From: Tubulanus polymorphus
Lineage: Eukaryota; Animalia; Nemertea
NCBI RefSeq assembly: GCF_964204645.1
Contig: NC_134030.1
Coordinates: forward strand, 2,522,778-2,586,777
DNA: 64,000 bases
Reading direction: 5' to 3'
Shown: piece by piece, positions 25,901 through 38,584 of the stretch
Numbering within the stretch: the first letter of the stretch is position 1
How the letters are laid out: every line of letters begins with the position of its first letter
Program-made: the position numbers and the translations under genes
The notes under the pieces: generated by a model
Told to the model about the DNA's origin: nothing
The model's input: only the letters and a program-made list of their open reading frames with translations
The model's database searches: none

Positions 25901-28900
25901 TGTACCAGAATCTTATATAGAATGCATCAAAGGGTACTTAAAAAGGAAAGACAGGCTGAACATTATCCATAAACAGGGATCATCAACATACCGATACAAT
26001 CTTCAGATTTTCCAGTCGTGCCAAGCATCCTGAATCCGCTGTTACAAACACATTTATAACTATCCGGCGTATCCACACATTTCGTACTCAGTAAACAGTT
26101 GTGAAAAGTGTGACTAGCGGTACATTCATTAAACGCTGAAAATTCAAAATCAGCTTTAGAAATACTATTTATGTCAATTCAGTCAAACATTGTCGAATGT
26201 CACCACATTTTTCTCTATTTCTGACTTCCAATTTGTATCATCTAATACAATCTACTTTCCATTGAATTTCGGTTTCGATTCTGGCATTTTCGTTTCGACC
26301 AGAATACGCTCTATCAATTAGAGAATAGGATAATCTGTAAAGCTGATAGCGGCAGCCGGTAGAGAGCTTGCAATCCAGAATTGCTATTTGTTAACTAGAC
26401 TGCCAAAGTGTTTAAAGAGTAGCTATTTGGATAAGTCATCCCAAATACAACTTAAATTAGAGTTTGAATGAATCGAAAAATGACAATTCAAACAAAATTG
26501 GTAGAATTCAATGGTTGAATATCTTCTGATTCAATGCGCCACGTCTTACTTACGCTGTGCTGCGGCAGGCGCGCAAACAACTGGAACATTGCTTGAAACA
26601 CACCCGCCTTGTGGATTTTTAGTAGCATAGTTTTTCCCAGCCGCATTCACTGTGTTCAAATTGACGTTCGGATCAGTTTGAAAGTTAGCGAGTGTATTAG
26701 CGTTCGTTGTTGGAATCGTGCCAGCTGTATTCCTCTTACGACGCGCGCCAGCGGACGAACTGGAATATAAAACAATCAAATCAACTACTAACAAGACGAG
26801 GTTACCGTGTAGCCTCTTTTATTTGCTATTCCACAGATTTTTCCCTGACACACACATTCTTTTCCATGACTTGATCCGCTAGGAATCCAATGAATTAACA
26901 CAGCTAAATACATAAGAAATAGACGGAAACGGTTTGATTTTAGACGTGAAAAGATATCTCCTTGACTATTCCCCGGTTTCCGGGTTACAGGCAACCCCGA
27001 TTAATCTATAGAAAATGGTAAAAAAATACTTTTCTGAGATAACACACTCACTGCCAAGGACCAGTTGCTCATAAGTTGGTAAGAGTTAACCAGTGGATAG
27101 TCGATATAGTGACAAATGAAATTTCATCGTTACTATGGTATTTAACGGCTGGTTATCTTTAACCAACTTTTGAGCAACTGGCCCCAAACGTCATCTCGTT
27201 AGTTAGTACTAGATACATACATAATCTGCCATTTTTCAAAATTGAGAATCAAGCAGGGTTTGTTTGCATCATACAGCCAATCAGGAACTAGTCAGTTAAG
27301 AGCGCGCTTAAGATTTTCAAAGTAGATAACCGTGGGTACGAAAAGAATCAGACAGATTTACGGAGGTGTACTTACCTAAAACTCAAAACAGTGCAGCCCG
27401 AGAACGAAGTGTAACTTTTGTAAATTCCAGCGCACTGAAAAATAATCAAATTCATTCACAGAATCTTGAAATTTATCTCCATTGACAAGAGCATCTCTAT
27501 GTTCTAAATTGAAGAAAAAACCACAACTGGAAAGAGAATGATTCATTTCATGGCTCATAGATTTGAGTCGAAATATCACTGTTCGTCTTCTTTCTAATTT
27601 TTGGCTTATCATTCAAATAAGGAACTTGCAAATTTGTATGAATTTAGAACACAAATACATGTAATGTTGGTCCACGTACCACAGATTGTACATCTTTAAC
27701 GGCTTGAGCGTATTCTGCACTTCCTTTATTCTGCAAAGCAGCTGAATATGGTCTGAGAAGTTTGATTGTTACCCGATAGGTCTGTCCAGCTGAAACACAA
27801 CATTAGCTTTCATTGTACAGATTACTTGAAATAGGGAAATTACATCATTTATGTTGAACACTTACGAATAGAACAGGAAACAGTTGGTTTTCCAGTAAGT
27901 CCGGCCGGACACACGCAATAGAAACTGCCAGGAGTGTTGTAACATTGCGCCAACGTTCCACAGTTATTAGTCGTACTAGACGCGCATTCGTTTGTGTCTT
28001 AAACAAGGAAAAGTCTTTGTAATATTTCTCAAGTCCTCTGGCCGGCTTCATAGACTCAGTTAAGTTACCCCTAGGGCGAATCCTCAATCTGGGCCCAGTA
28101 TCAAAGTTACCCCTAGGGATAATCTTCAACCTGAGCATGGTATTATAGACTGTGCAGTGTATCAAAGTTGGGGGTAAACCTCAAGCTGGGCCTAGTTTCA
28201 TAGACTGAGTATCAAAGTTATCCTTAGGGATAAATCCTCAATCTGGGTAACAACCACCATAGTAATAATGAGAAACCATGGTTATAACTGAAAAATTTCA
28301 AAATGTTCTCAGGGATTTTTTTGCTTCCACATCTATAAAACCGAGCCCTGACGAAAAACAGAATACAGAATTTTGATTGATTCTTTGCTTAGTTAAAATC
28401 ATCACCCGAAGGGAATTACTAGCAGATTCAATTTTCCATTTGCGGTAGTGAATTCATCGGTATCTGAAGAGGGGATCTTGTTTACCTTTACATGTATAAC
28501 CATCTCCTGTATAACCAGCCTTACACTGACAAGTGAAACCGACTGCTTTATCTGTACACGTGGCATTTACACTGCAATTATCCGTCTTCTCCAAACATTC
28601 ATTGATCACTGACAAATTATACAAAACAATTGTTACATTCATAGTTACAAAGACAATTATGGACTATTTAATTTCAATTAATCACAATGGCCTAGGCAGG
28701 TTTCAATTGTAAGTCTTAAAGTTTAAGAACAGGAATTCAGGATTCCAACATCTAGTACAGGCCTTTTCTATCAGGTTTACAGAGAACCAAAATGAACCTA
28801 CACATCTGGTCTTGAATTGTAAGATTGGTATAGAACACAAATGAACTTAGACTGGCCTCAACTTGTTAGATTGGTTTTAGAACCAAAATGAGCTTAGACA

Positions 28901-31900
28901 TTGGTCCTAAAATGTTAAGATTGGCTATATGGAAATGATTCGAAACCTGCCTTTAACCTATTCTCTACAATGGAACCAAGAACAAAGAAAAATGCACTTA
29001 CATTGACAAGAAATTTTGTCAGCCAATAACTGTTGACCAGCGGGACATGAACAGTTATAACCACCGGGGAAATTTTGACAATGAGCCTGATCTTTGCATC
29101 CTCCATTATTTGTACTGCATTCATTTATATCTGTAATAGAAAATCAATGATTATAATTCATTCAAAACACTTACATTAGCCATCTTCCTCTATGAAACAC
29201 TGCCATCAATAACAAGTTGAAACTTTGAAAATATTTTATTGGAATACCTAAAGCAAATGTGACGAAATTAATTGGTAATGAAATGGTGGATAAGACCCTG
29301 AGTAACACCTATCAATTTCTGTTCAAATTAATCAGTAATCAAGGGAAGTAAGACCCTCAGTAAGACCTTCCAATTTCTATTCAAATCAATCAGTAATCAA
29401 GAGGGGTAAGAACCTCTTAGATATTTCTGTATAAACTAATCTGTAATAATTAAGGGGGTAAGACCCTCAGTAACACCATTCAATTTCTGTTAAATTAAGT
29501 AAATTAAGTTTTAGATGAGGTTGAATAAACATTAATTTGAAACTCAAATTCTTTCAGCTTTTTGAATTGTTGAATCAACAGTCATCCTATTACGGGTTAA
29601 TAAACTATTAAGTTCACTCGAAATTGAGTTGTAAGAAAGAATATTTCAACGTACCGATACAGTTTGAAGAGTTACTCGGGTCAGCTTTGAATCCTTTGTT
29701 ACAGTAACAAGTGTCCACTCCAGAAACTTTGGAACAATAATGTAAACACTTATTTGTCGCTGCACATTTTGCTGCTGCTTGAGCTGTTTAATAGAGAAAA
29801 CAAAACATTACATGGAAATCAGAATCAACAGTGTGTATAGCTCAATGGATAAACTGGTGAACCATGTATGCTAGGTAGCCGCACTTCCGATTGTGGAGTT
29901 TCAATACGATACGACCTGGTACTGACCTTGACACAGATTTTTATTAGCGGTGAATCCTGGATTACACGAACACTGATAGGTTCCAGGAGTGTTCGTACAA
30001 ATCTGTTCACAGTTATTCATTCCTGGTATTTTACATTCGTCAATATCTGTACAAAAAACATACAAATGACCTAACAACTTTTCAATTGCAGGATTCAACT
30101 TCAATTCTCAATCGAAGTTGCATTTTTGATTATTACTGATTCTCCTGAAATTCACTCAGGTTAATTCTTGTTATTGGTAATTCAAATTCATTTGATGGAA
30201 GGTTTATCTGTAGTTATATTTATATCGATGCTATATACCTGTGCAACCACTGCCTGGTGTTTTCTTACCATCACCAGTATAGCCAGACGGGCAGGTACAG
30301 TTGTATGAACCTGGGGTATTAGCGCAGGTCGCTTTAGCATTACACGGAGCGTTCGCTTGGTTCGCAGGTTGACACTCATTAATATCTGTAAATAAACAAC
30401 CCTCCAAAACAATAATGATCAGGGTTGCATCCAGGCAGTCAGACATCTCTCTGAGGGCACAATTTTATAAAAACTAATCTGAAAACCATAGTTCTCATTT
30501 AACAAGGCACAATTTTTCACTCCAATTTTGTAGAAATTTCTGGAAAAGGGTACCGGTACATTTCCTGTCAAAAGGATGCTGCCAAAATGCTTGTTTGTTA
30601 TCAATTTTCCATGAAATAATCTGGTTAATCCAGGGCTTACAACCTTTGCAAATGAATTTTCTTCGAGACTATTTCATTGAAATATGGAAGAAAATGTTCA
30701 AATTAACCAGTAATCACTGTTTAAACCCCTCACTTCACATCTTTTAAATTTCAGTGTGTATCTAACAAATCAAATCAGTATTTCTCTTGACAAAATAGTG
30801 AAGATCAGGAACAGCTGGCAGTGCCGTAATATTCTCAGATGTAGGCTTTGATGATCTACCATCATTCAGGGAATATCAAGGAGTACAATGTATCAATTCA
30901 GAACTAACCATCGCAAGCTTTAGTCGTAAGGTTTTTTAGGAATCCTGTTTTACAATCACACGTAAATGAACCGGCCGTATTCGAACACTTTTCATTCTTC
31001 GTTGCGTTGCAATTGTTCAGTAGAGGATTCGAACATTCGTTTATATCTAGAAATAACAAAACAGTTTCATCGCTTGAAACCTTAAGATTGCAGTTTAATA
31101 GCATCAACATTGACTAACGTACCGACACATTGTAAATGGTTTGTCTGGTCAATTTGATAACCAGCTGTCTTGCAGATACATTTATAAGTCCCGAGTTGAT
31201 TTATACAAGTTGTTGTTGCTGCATCACATTTGTCAGCGTTTGGATTCGCGTTTCCACTGAGAATCTTTTGTTCGAGACACTCATCAATATCTGCATGAAT
31301 AAATATCAACGATGATAATCTTTACTGAGAGAGATTTCAGTTTCTGCACATCAAATTCAGTTTTTGATCGTCCACACTCCATATGTGTTCCGAACTTCAC
31401 CCGAGACATTTTTGATTGTAAATGAACTACTAAGATCTGATATTAGATATCTTATCAACAAACTTTCAAAAACTGATTGTCTACATTTCATGTGTTCAGA
31501 ACTTGACTTGAGACTTCTTAATTGTAAATGAACTACAAACACCAGACATTAGACATTTTATCAGTCAAGAGAGATGATGGCAGAACTCACCATAGCACAT
31601 AACTCCATCCCCTGTCATTCCTTTAGGACAGTTACCACATTTATTCGTATTAGAATCACACGTAACTCCAGGGTAACACGGGTTTGTTTGACAATACGAT
31701 AACTGACAGTCACGTCCAGCTAGCTTCGCACCACATTTACACAGCGCCAGATTGAAAGAATCTAAAAACAGAATTGATGTTGGTTTTCGAGCGCAGTAAA
31801 TATTCCTCCGAGTTTAGAATCTTGGAAATTCACTGAATTGGTTTACAGTACTGAACGTTGTTCAAATTTGGGAACAGATTTCTCATAATCTATCATTCAA

Positions 31901-32220
31901 GAACATGTTATTTTACAAGGAGTTACAATGTTATCTTGTAGGAGTGGCGTCGCTTTAAGGTTAAGGCGTTGGCTTCTCAATCGAGATGTCCAGTGTTCGA
32001 ACCCCGGCTATGCTGTAGTGTCCTTAGGCAAGGCATTAATTCACACTTGCTACCGGCTGAAGACGCCTGATCCGTGATTTGCTGATCGGTGTTGTATCTC
32101 CCCAGGGAGAGTAAGACTGCTATGGAATGGTAACAGAAGCTGAGTAATAATAATCAGGTTTGACAGCGCAGCTGAACTTTGTACACAGGGACATGGAAAG
32201 AGGCGCTATACAAATTCGTG

Positions 32221-32264
<44 letters not shown>

Positions 32265-33073
32265 AAACCTGGATAAGGCGCAGTAAATCCAATGTGTTTA
32301 TCAAATACTGCATCATTATCTAGATACGTAAACTTGCACGGTGTATCCTGAGCGTTGACCTTTCTGCACTGACACAGTCTCATATTAACCGGTACTGTGG
32401 TCGTTGTGTTAACGCTGTCCTTCACTCCCATCGTCATGATAATCGGTACTGTATCAATTGGTTTATACGTGAACGATTTTTGACTGAGCACTAATGCAGA
32501 TTTCGTGCCGGTATATTGTTTGTCCTGTGATACGAAACCCGTGAGAGGTGCTTTTCCACCTGATACAGTCGCCGTCACCGTACACAATTGATCCCAGTTG
32601 CACACAGTTGGTACCGGTTGTAAGGTAATAGCGGGTGGTGGGTTACCTTGAAATTACAAATAAAATCAAAATTCATTGCGATGTTCGACTATTTCGCAGT
32701 AAAATCACAATTGCTAAGGGTTAGTTGACTCTAACTTAAAATCAGTTCATTTTCAATGCTTTAACTTGGTCCGGGGAAACAAGAATATCCAAAATGTTTG
32801 CAACATTCAACTCACGGAAGTGTAGAAGATCGTTTTCAAATGTTTTAGCAACACTGACGAAGTAAGTTGCAGCAGCAGCGTTCTGCATCCGAGCGGCATC
32901 AAACATACATTTCTTATAATACTTAGAAGGCATGTTTTTATCGAGACATGTCTGCAATGAGTTGAGAGATATATCAATACATATCAATACATATGAATTC
33001 GTAATTAATAAAATAAATAAATTCAACCTGGTATAACAAATACAACAAGACTAGCAGTACTATATAGGTTAAC

Positions 33074-33114
<41 letters not shown>

Positions 33115-36100
33115 CTTTATTCATCTAAGCATAATAAGTTACATCTAATTAATTTAAACATAATAATGGCAATCAATGCATAGAGAGGACTTCGACAAGC
33201 CTAGTGTCTATTTATTAATTGATGAGACCTGTTTTTCTGGGATATTTTGCTTACTTTTTGGGGTACATACCTCATTTATGTCTTAACAGAATGCCAAAAA
33301 TCGCGGACAACAACTGAATATCCGATATTTTTCCAGTTCTGTACCAATTAGATGGATTGGCAAAAAGACTCCTTAAGTCAAGTTGAATGAGAGAGAAAAT
33401 CCTCCATTTTGTCAAATTTCTTGAATTTTTACATTGTCACCATGCCTACGAAATGAAGTTATTTTTCTTGTGGGGTCTCAACAACTAAAGCAGGGTGGCG
33501 TAGGCATGGTAACAATGTAAAAATTCAAGAAATTTGACAAAATGGAGGATTTTCTCTCTCATTCAACTGGACTTAAGGAGTCTTTTTGCCAATCCATCTT
33601 ATCGGTACAGAACTGGAATAATATCGGATATTCAGGTGTTGTCCGCGATTTTTGGCATTCTGTTAAGACATAAATGAGGTATGTACCCCAAAAAGTAAGC
33701 AAAATATCCCAGAAAAACAGGTCTCATCAATTAATAAATAGACATTAGTAGTTGTACCCAAAACATCAGTTTCAATATTTTTCGCTATCAATCTTCAATA
33801 TTGCGAGTCTTTTTCATATACACTACAGAGACTTTTCTAAACTGATTGTATAATGTTACCTGATTCGCTGTATTCATCAACGCATTATTTTGAGCGAAAA
33901 GAGTCGACGTGTTGGTCGTATCGTAAGTGTCAGAATACAGGGGAACGTAAGTTGCGTCTTTATAATTTGCGCTCGTCTGCCCTTGTGGATAGTTAAATAA
34001 TGATTCAGCCTGGGTGATAGCCCCTAAAATATGAACAAGGCAGTAGTAAATTACACAATTTTTGCCTTAATCATGAAAGCATTATATCTATCAATTCTAC
34101 GAGATATCTCACAGTTGCAATGATGGCTCAACTGAGTTAACTCATAGCGCCGATGATGGAAGAACTTGAACCGGCAGCAAATATGTCAAAGAATTCCCCA
34201 AGAACACAACATAAATTGACTTACATGGTTTTACTAGATTTGTGTAGATATTCTGCTCTGAATCCGTATTTGGTAATGCATTACCAGTAGGTGGCTGTAA
34301 TGTACTGCTCAAAAGTCCTTTGACAGAAGCAACAACAGATGCAGGAACCGTTACTTCACATTTCATCACTTTCAGCGCGCTATCAAGAGTAATCTGTGAA
34401 TATGATGTAATTGATGTAATGAGGTATCAATGGCACATACCAGATACTATGACAATGCAGTTAGTTAAACATAGTCAAAATAAGTTTGAACTGTGCTTAT
34501 AGAATCCCTAATCCAAATATTATCAAACATAATCAAACATTCATTCAATAGATATAAGATTGACTTTCTACTCAGGGTTTGGTAGTTTTTGCTGAAAATT
34601 GATTTACCTTAAAATTGATTGAAACTGAACTGAAACCTGGCAGATCCTCCGATGCCACTGTAGCAGTGCTTCAGCAGTTTATTCATCATCAAATTTAACA
34701 AGAAATCTGCACTTATTGTAAGTCATTATAATGATCATATGCATTTACCTGAACTGTAAATTTGTTTTTAAAAACAACTAGTAAAGTGTTTGCTGTTGGT
34801 TTTGAGATGATATAGTCAGTTTTGACGATACCGACAGGCGTTAAACGGGCGCTACTCCATGGAATATTCTCGATTGTTCCATTTGCGTATTTTAAATTCA
34901 AAACTAATTCAACTCCATTTTTTAGAAGAACCTGGAACAAAAACAATATGGCAGGCTGTACACAAAACATGTAAAAATCCTTTATCAAATGCTTATCAAT
35001 CAAAATGACCTAGCCACTGAAAATGGTGAATCTGGGAACTAGACAGTATTTAACCCAATAACAGGGACCACAAAGCCCATACAGATCAGGGAGTTCAAAT
35101 TCCCTATAATCCCTCAACTTTCCCTGAATTCCATGGTCCACAGGATCCATAGAATAGATGTACATACCTCAATAGTTTCAGTAGCAGTCGGTTCTACTGT
35201 CTGAAATGAAAATGCGGTAAAGATGGTCGCTTGTGGTTTAAAATTAGTCGCAGCCGGAGCCGGTGCTGTACGTCCTTGCAGTTTGATGGTGTTGAGATTT
35301 ATAAGCCAGTATTCACCGTACCCATTCATAGTAAACAATGTTCCTCCTAAATTAACTATGTGTGGATCACCAAACATTATAGCTAAAATATCAAACACAA
35401 TCAATAGTAAATAATCATATATAAAACTAAACGTTTGAGATCGTTTGAGACAGCAGATTGTCTGAGATGGTGCAGGGTACAGACAGCAGATTGTCTGAGA
35501 GGGTGCGGGGTACAGACAGCAGATTGTCTGAGAGGGTGCAGGGTACAGACAGCAGATTGTCTGACAGGGTGTAGGGTCCAGACAGCAGATTGTCTGACAG
35601 GGTGTAGGGTACAGACAGCAGATTGTCTGACAGGGTGCAGGGTACAGACAGCAGATTGTCTGACAGGGTGCAGGGTACAGACAGCAGATTGTCTGACAGG
35701 GTGCAGGGTACAGACAGCAGATTGTCTGAGAGGGTGCAGGGTACAGACAGCAGATTGTCTGAGAGGGTGCAGGGTACAGACAGCAGATTGTCTGAGAGGG
35801 TGCTGGATACAGACAGCAGATTGCCTGAGAGGGTGCAGGGTACAGACAGCAGATTGTCTGAGAGGGTGCAGGGTACAGACAGCAGATTGTCTGAGAGGGT
35901 GTAGGGTACAGACAGCAGATTGTCTGACAGGGTGCTGGATACAGACAGCAGATTGTCTGAGAGGGTGCTGGGTACAGACAGCAGATTGTCTGAGAGGGTG
36001 TAGGGTACAGACAGCAGATTGTCTGAGAGGGTGTAGGGTACAGACAGCAGATTGTCTGACAGGGTGTAGGGTACAGACAGCAGATTGTCTGACAGGGTGC

Positions 36101-38552
36101 TGGATACAGACAGCAGATTGTCTGACAGGGTGCAGGGTACAGACAGCAGATTGTCTGAGAGGGTGCTGGGTACAGACAGCAGATTGTCTGAGAGGGTGTA
36201 GGGTACAGACAGCAGATTGTCTGAGAGGGTGTAGGGTACAGACAGCAGATTGTCTGACAGGGTGTAGGGTACAGACAGCAGATTGTCTGACAGGGTGCTG
36301 GATACAGACAGCAGATTGTCTGACAGGGTGCAGGGTACAGACAGCAGATTGTCTGACAGGGTGCAGGGTACAGACAGCAGATTGCCTGAGAGGGTGTAGG
36401 GTACAGACAGCAGATTGTCTGACAGGGTGCAGGGTACAGACAGCAGATTGTCTGACAGGGTGCAGGGTACAGACAGCAGATTGTCTGAGAGGGTGCTGGA
36501 TACAGACAGCAGATTGTCTGACAGGGTGCAGGGTACAGACAGCAGATTGCCTGAGAGGGTGCAGGGTAAAGACATCGAATGTTGTCAGTTTATTTGTGTT
36601 ATTTACCTTTTTTAGGAGATGTATAACCTGTAGATGTTGGCATTGGGCGATATTTGAAATAAAGTTTTTGAATATTTGCAGCGTAACAGTCAGAATACGC
36701 TTTCCCATCAGTAGTTGTATTAATAACCGCCGATAGTGTAAAAAGCATCTGACTTGTCGCATCAAAATTACTGGTACCAACTGGATAGTTTTGAAGTTCT
36801 CTATCTGAAATGTGAGCGATCATAACTTGGTAAAATTTCAAATAAGAATTTCTGGGAAAAACATCTATAAGTCTATCGAAACCAGAGATGAAAATTTTTG
36901 GAAATACTGAGTGAGTGAGACGTTTAGTAACACCTTTCATATCGAAGCTGAATTTCTCAGACTAAAATAGCAAATAACAGGGAACATCATGGAGTAGTTG
37001 GTAAATGAATACAGTACTCACCAGTAGAGTAACAACATCTAACGTAGATCGGAGTGTTTTTATTAGTGCCGCCATCAACATAATTGAGAGGTTCCGTGAA
37101 TGCCGATTTAAAACACGACGTCTCGGCTTGGTATACCATGAAATTTGGATCGCGTTGGGCCTGTGCCAGAGTTTTTGGGCAACTGGTAGGACCCGCCGTT
37201 ATTTGAATCGTCGGTTTACGGCCCGTTTTCTCCCATATTTTGCAAAGTCGATAATGATTGGGTGAGGCAGACGTCGGACCGATATCATATACATAAATAC
37301 CATTCATATCTACAAAAGTAATTGTTTTGATAATCATTAAAAGTTTCAAATGTTACAACTCGTAGAGGAGTCGTGTTAACCTGGCTTCAAATCAGTAAAT
37401 GTGATGGCTTGTAGTATAAGAACTGATTCTATTAGAAATTAAGAGCTTTCTCTACACTCAATAGCTTCATCAGGTAAATGAGTAAACAGGTGGTCACTCT
37501 GTTAACTGACTTTATTAGAAACCACAAGCTTTCGGTATTAGTGAATATATAGAGTATCTTCATCAGGCAAATACGTAAATAGGTAATACAAATCTTTGGT
37601 AATTACTATTAAAATTGACAAAATTAAATATCAAAACTATTAACGCTTTTATGGTTATTCGAGCACCTGTAATCAATAAAATACTTACTGATATTACTGG
37701 ATTGAGTCATATTCAGTTTATTAACGACTGTGGATTCAATGATTGTTGGATTTACTCCTCCGCTGTTATATCCGATCTGTATTTGACGCCAGTGAGCGTC
37801 CGCGTTCCAGGCTTTATTGGGAACATCTTGATACAAAAAAACGATGAAAGTTCGTTCTCCGTCGGACGTGACTACAACTTGAAAACTTGTTTGCTGAAAC
37901 AATCAAAATATAAAATACTTCTCAATAACTAAGATTGAATGCACCTTGCAAATCAAATACAATGGCTATGATCATACATTGAAACATGATTAAACCACAA
38001 TTGCATGATCGGATTCAGAATAAAATCAAACTAGCAATAGGGCTCAGTGTCGCGAACAAAATGAACTCAAATTCAAGGTTTAGTTGCTATTGACTCCCAA
38101 TGATGGTCTTTGTTTGAAACGTTGTGTCTTGATTTTCGATGTAATCTTTATAATTTGTATATACTGAGTTTTAGTTATATCATCTATTCTCTCGTCCGAC
38201 CGCACAGCTATTCTATTATCAGCTGCTGTTTGTTACTTTGTGCTTTCAATGAGGACAACAATTAGAACTTAACCATTTTTCACAGAACTACATCATGTCC
38301 TTGAATTAACTATTGAGTATTATAGATTCTAATATCAATATTACCAGAGTTAATTTGAAATATTATTTACCTCTTTGGTCTTGTAATATTTTGATGGATT
38401 CGGGCAAATGTTTTCATACGTAACAACTATTGCTTGTTTTGGAACGAACACATTGTTAGCTCCATTTGGATTTTCTGAAACAGTCACTCACAGTAATAAT
38501 AATAATAATAATAATTATAATAATAATGATAATAATAATAATAATAATAATG

Positions 38553-38584
<32 letters not shown>

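Noticed and set aside
26760-26815. Upstream extension of the RRKR exon (LHGNLVLLVVDLIVLY)
   Set aside because: The upstream AG lacks a pyrimidine tract; the acceptor ttatattccag at 26760 is much better and in phase.
35401-36780. ORFs of 459, 382 and 433 aa
   Set aside because: Translations of the 33-bp minisatellite inside an intron whose flanking exons splice in phase without it.
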